Shown here: piece after piece, positions 57,101 to 64,000 of the stretch | Layout of the letters: every line of letters begins with the position of its first letter | Numbering within the stretch: position 1 is the first letter of the stretch | NCBI RefSeq assembly: GCF_009914755.1 | Contig: NC_060925.1 | DNA length: 64,000 nt | From: the human T2T-CHM13v2.0 reference genome, Homo sapiens | Strand: one strand, 5' to 3' | Made by a program: the position numbers and the translations under genes | Notes under the pieces: generated by a model | The model's database searches: none | What the model was told of the DNA's origin: nothing | What the model saw: only the letters and a program-made list of their open reading frames with translations

Positions 57101-57260
57101 TAATAGTTTGGTCCCAAAATGACACATACCACTCTCATTTATTTTCATTAACTAGACTTCAGTCAGACAGCTACATCGTGCTGCAAGGGAGCTGGACAGT
57201 GTCTTGGTGTATGTCCAGAAATAAGAGAAGAATACTAGTGAGCACTGACCATCTCTGACA
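54085..57260 (-). mobile_element. Decayed MaLR internal region plus LTR, the LTR split by a Charlie element
   Basis: MLT-int-like junction near 55560-55600. MLT1-like LTR halves at about 55600-55785 and 57045-57260. Confidence 0.5.
55786..57036 (+). mobile_element. hAT DNA transposon, Charlie1-like deletion derivative
   Basis: TIRs CAGCAGTTCTCAAA…TTTAAGAACCACTG. The right flank CTCTAGAA fits the NTCTAGAN target preference. Transposase motif LLHTKVQWLSQGK in ORF 55862..56197. Confidence 0.88.
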
Positions 57261-57585
57261 TGGCACTGAAAGTTCGTAATGACTATACTTTTCATGTGAC
57301 TGTAATTGGAAAGTTCTTAACGATATTCCTCCTTTCATAGGATATTGTTCTCATCTTCTCCTATTCATTTCTACTGGATGTTTGCCTGTCTTGTAAATAT
57401 GTGTCCTCCTTTTATGTAAATGCACTTTGTTGAACCCTAACCATGAGTTGGCCTTGACAAGATGCTTTACTTGTATTACTTAAAGTAATACTCACAAATA
57501 TCTTATGAGGTAGTTTTGTTATCCCTGTTTCACAGAAGTCTAGGTAAAAGACTGAGATAGCTTACCCAAAATCCCCTGGAATTAG

Positions 57586-57961
<376 letters not shown>

Positions 57962-60144
57962 TCTTGTATTTCTTTATAGAGAAAAATGACTGTTCCACAT
58001 CAGAGTCTGACCATTTGATCTTCTGTCAGATTCTATTAGTTCTTACATATTCTGTAATTCAGATTGGATCTTAAAACATCAGCGAATCTTTAGAACTGAA
58101 TTTACATCATGTTCTTGACTCAGATGCATATAGGAGATTTTCTCTCCCTAGAAAATTTCCTAGTTGAAATATCATAGTTGTTTAATAATCACATGCGATC
58201 TCTTTACTAGAATAAGGTCTTTATTTTTCTACTCTCAGAGTGTTAGCTTTCAAATTGCCTTGTCAGGTTATATTATATTTATTTGTGAAAGTATGCCCAT
58301 ACCAGACTTTATAGCTGGTCTAGCAGCAACTGGAATTGTATTCAAAGCTTCTTTCTATGCCTTGGCCTCTTTCCTTACTGCCATGTAGTTTCCCTAAACC
58401 CTTACTGGACTGGACCACTCTTTTTCTGACTTCTATTGCATTCTGTCAGCCATTTCCTTTCATCAGTAATGTCTTCTTCATTCTATTCAATGCTTTTGAT
58501 TCTTCAATGTCCCTCTGAACCATAACCTTTCCCAAAGCTTTACCAGATTATTATCTATAATGTTTTCCTTCTCTGAACTTGAAGTTTTCTATTTGTATCT
58601 TTTTTAGAGACTCTTATATGTTATACTTTACCTTATCTCTATTTGCATATTTGGCTTATCCTGAAATTAGACTAGTAACTTCCTCGAACAAAGAAATGCT
58701 AGCTACTCATCTTCTGTCTTAACAATGCCTTATACATAACAGCTTTTAATTCTGTGTGACTGTAGGTGAATATTATTTCTCCCCTTCTCAGTTTACTAAT
58801 TATCCACTAATAGGCAAAAAATTCTGAATTTTAACATCGTAAAGAAAGTAAATGGCTTTCCAGATTATAATTCTCTTGACACTAGTTTTGGGACAGAAAC
58901 TTTCTTGTTCATATGTGGCTTACACTTTCATTTTAATTATTCCACAAATGACTTTGTCTACTTATGGCTTTTAAATTAGTTCAGACCATTTCCTACATGC
59001 TAATCTATTGAGAAAAGTCATGAAAAGATGAAAATTGTCTCTTTTCTAAGAGTCTGGAGATAATTTATTATTTTGGCCCTACCATCTCTGATATGGACTT
59101 CAGGACAACCCAAGATTAATTCTAAAACTGGAATAAGACATCATAGACTTTATATATTGACATACAAAGATGTAGAACTCTTAGGAAGTACTGGCTCTTG
59201 CGAAAACACAAGACCTGAGGTAATGTTGAGAATTAAGAGATTCTGGAGAACTATATAGAAACTCACCTTGAGGGTGGTGGTGGTTAGAAGAACAATAAGG
59301 AATTTTTACGGGACTCAAGGTCTCAGGAGAAGTAACAGTGCTCTAATCATATGTGTTGCTTTTCCAAGGAGAGGAGAGATCTTAGGAATAATTCTCTATA
59401 ATGTAGCAGAAACCATGCTATTATTCAATTTGGCAAGTAAAAACTCAAGTTACTTGGCAAATGAAAACTCAAGTTACTAAATATAGGCCAGGATAAGAAG
59501 CTTACCTGTCTATTTGAGGTGGCTACTCTTAAGAGATGATGGGCTCAGGTCCTTCTTAAGACTGTGTCTGAGTAGCTCCTACTTCCTTGTCTGTTTCCTC
59601 TGGACAAGAACCAAGTTGTCTACTGCTGGGGATGTTCAGAGTATCCCTGTAAATCAGAGTTCAGGTTTTCTACCACTTGGATCTTTGAGAAGGGAGAGAA
59701 AAAGCCTTTTACCCGTATCCTAAGTTCTGATCCTATCTGAAAACAAAGTTCTTCCCTGTATAACTGACAGTGAAAATTGACATTCCTTCAGGGAAACTCC
59801 AACTCCAACCACAGGAACATGACCTTAGGAAACCTTGTGAAGGAAAATTAATTAAAATTGAATTGACTTAAATCAATACCTTTGGGGTTATGGAGTTTTA
59901 AATGGTACTTTAAGACACAAGATAACTTTTCTGTAGTCCTCCATGACTTGGAAATGGAGTGATTATCTATTGGCACAGAGAAATCTCAATCAACTGAGAG
60001 AAAATGAACATTTTAATCTGAATTCCAAAGATACATAGCTCTGCTATGAGGAAAAAAAAAAACAAGTCACATAAACCTACCATAAACCTAAGGAAATTAG
60101 CAATTTAACTTCTAAGAACAAATAGTTGATTTTGCTTACCTTAA

Positions 60145-63060
<2,916 letters not shown>

Positions 63061-63514
63061 ATTATTCTGAGATGGATTTCAGTCCATCTTGGGACCCGTT
63101 AATATCTGATTCATTCTTATTTCTAGGGTGTAACCCTCAGGAACATCTTGCTTGAGGACCTTGATCTTATTTTGGCCCCAAAAGATTGTCAGAATCTATG
63201 GTATGTTTTGAGAACTGGCAGATGCCCCTGAGGAAAAGGCTAGACTCAGCTTTCTGGGTATTTATTGCCCTGGATCTTGACCCCATATTTCTTTACTGCC
63301 TTGTTAACTCTCTGATGCATTTACTTAGAATCTAAAAAAAAAAAAAAAAAAAATCCAGATTTTTAAATCTATTTTCAGTTAGAAGGGTTGGTCTGAATTA
63401 CCTTCATCACCATTAATGAAAGCAGATTTTTAAATATTGCTTATGATTTTATTCCTCCAGAAGTTTCACTTTAGTGTAGACATTTCTTATAATACTTTAT
63501 TTTAAAATTTTATT

Positions 63515-64000
63515 ATGATTATTATTATTATACTATAAGTTCTAGGATACATGTGCACAATGTGCAGGTTTGTTACATACATATACATTTGCCATGCTGG
63601 TGTGCTGCACCCATTAACTCATCATTTACATTAGGTATATCTCCTAATGCTATCCCTCCCCCCTCCCCTCTCCTCCGCCCCCCCATGACAGGCCCCGGTG
63701 TGTGATGTTCCCCATCCTGTGTGCAAGTGTTCTCATTGTTCAATTCCCACTTTTGAGTGAGAACATGCGGTGTTTTGTTTTTTGTCCTTGCGATAGTTTG
63801 CTGAGAATGATGGTTTCCAGCTTCATCCATGTCCCCACAAAGGACATGAACTCATCCTTTTTTGTTGCTGCATAGTATTCCATAGTGTATATGTGCCACA
63901 TTTTCTTAATCCAGTCTATCACTGATGGACATTTGGGTTGGTTCCAAGTCTTTGCTATTGTGAATAGTGCCACAATAAACATACATGTGCTTGTGTCTTT
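63515..64000 (-). mobile_element. L1PA 3' end (3'UTR and ORF2 C-terminus), continuing past the window
   Basis: ORF 63740..63982 is the ORF2p C-terminus, followed by a typical L1PA 3'UTR. Confidence 0.93.

Overview
Human genomic DNA: a near-perfect AluYa5 at about 62.0 kb points to Homo sapiens. The window holds a CpG-island promoter (about 3.9-5.5 kb) and a + strand first exon that appears to end in a split start codon (AT|GTGAGT, 5276-5283). About 58 kb of AT-rich, repeat-laden first intron follows. From memory this layout resembles the long LRRC7 (densin-180) isoform, but that is unverified. No other host coding exon is supported, and the long ORFs in the track are L1 ORF2, hAT transposase or Alu remnants, or GC-rich noise. 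I found no new multi-gene system. The most notable observations are the split start codon with its uORFs and alternative donor, a twin-primed L1PA, a young AluYa5, and several local template-switch scars. Those scars are an 84-bp copy inside a (TG)n tract, a 34-bp duplication carrying a perfect 28-bp palindrome, an inverted Alu linker and a 36-bp dispersed copy. Repeat subfamilies were called by eye, and the boundaries of old elements are approximate.
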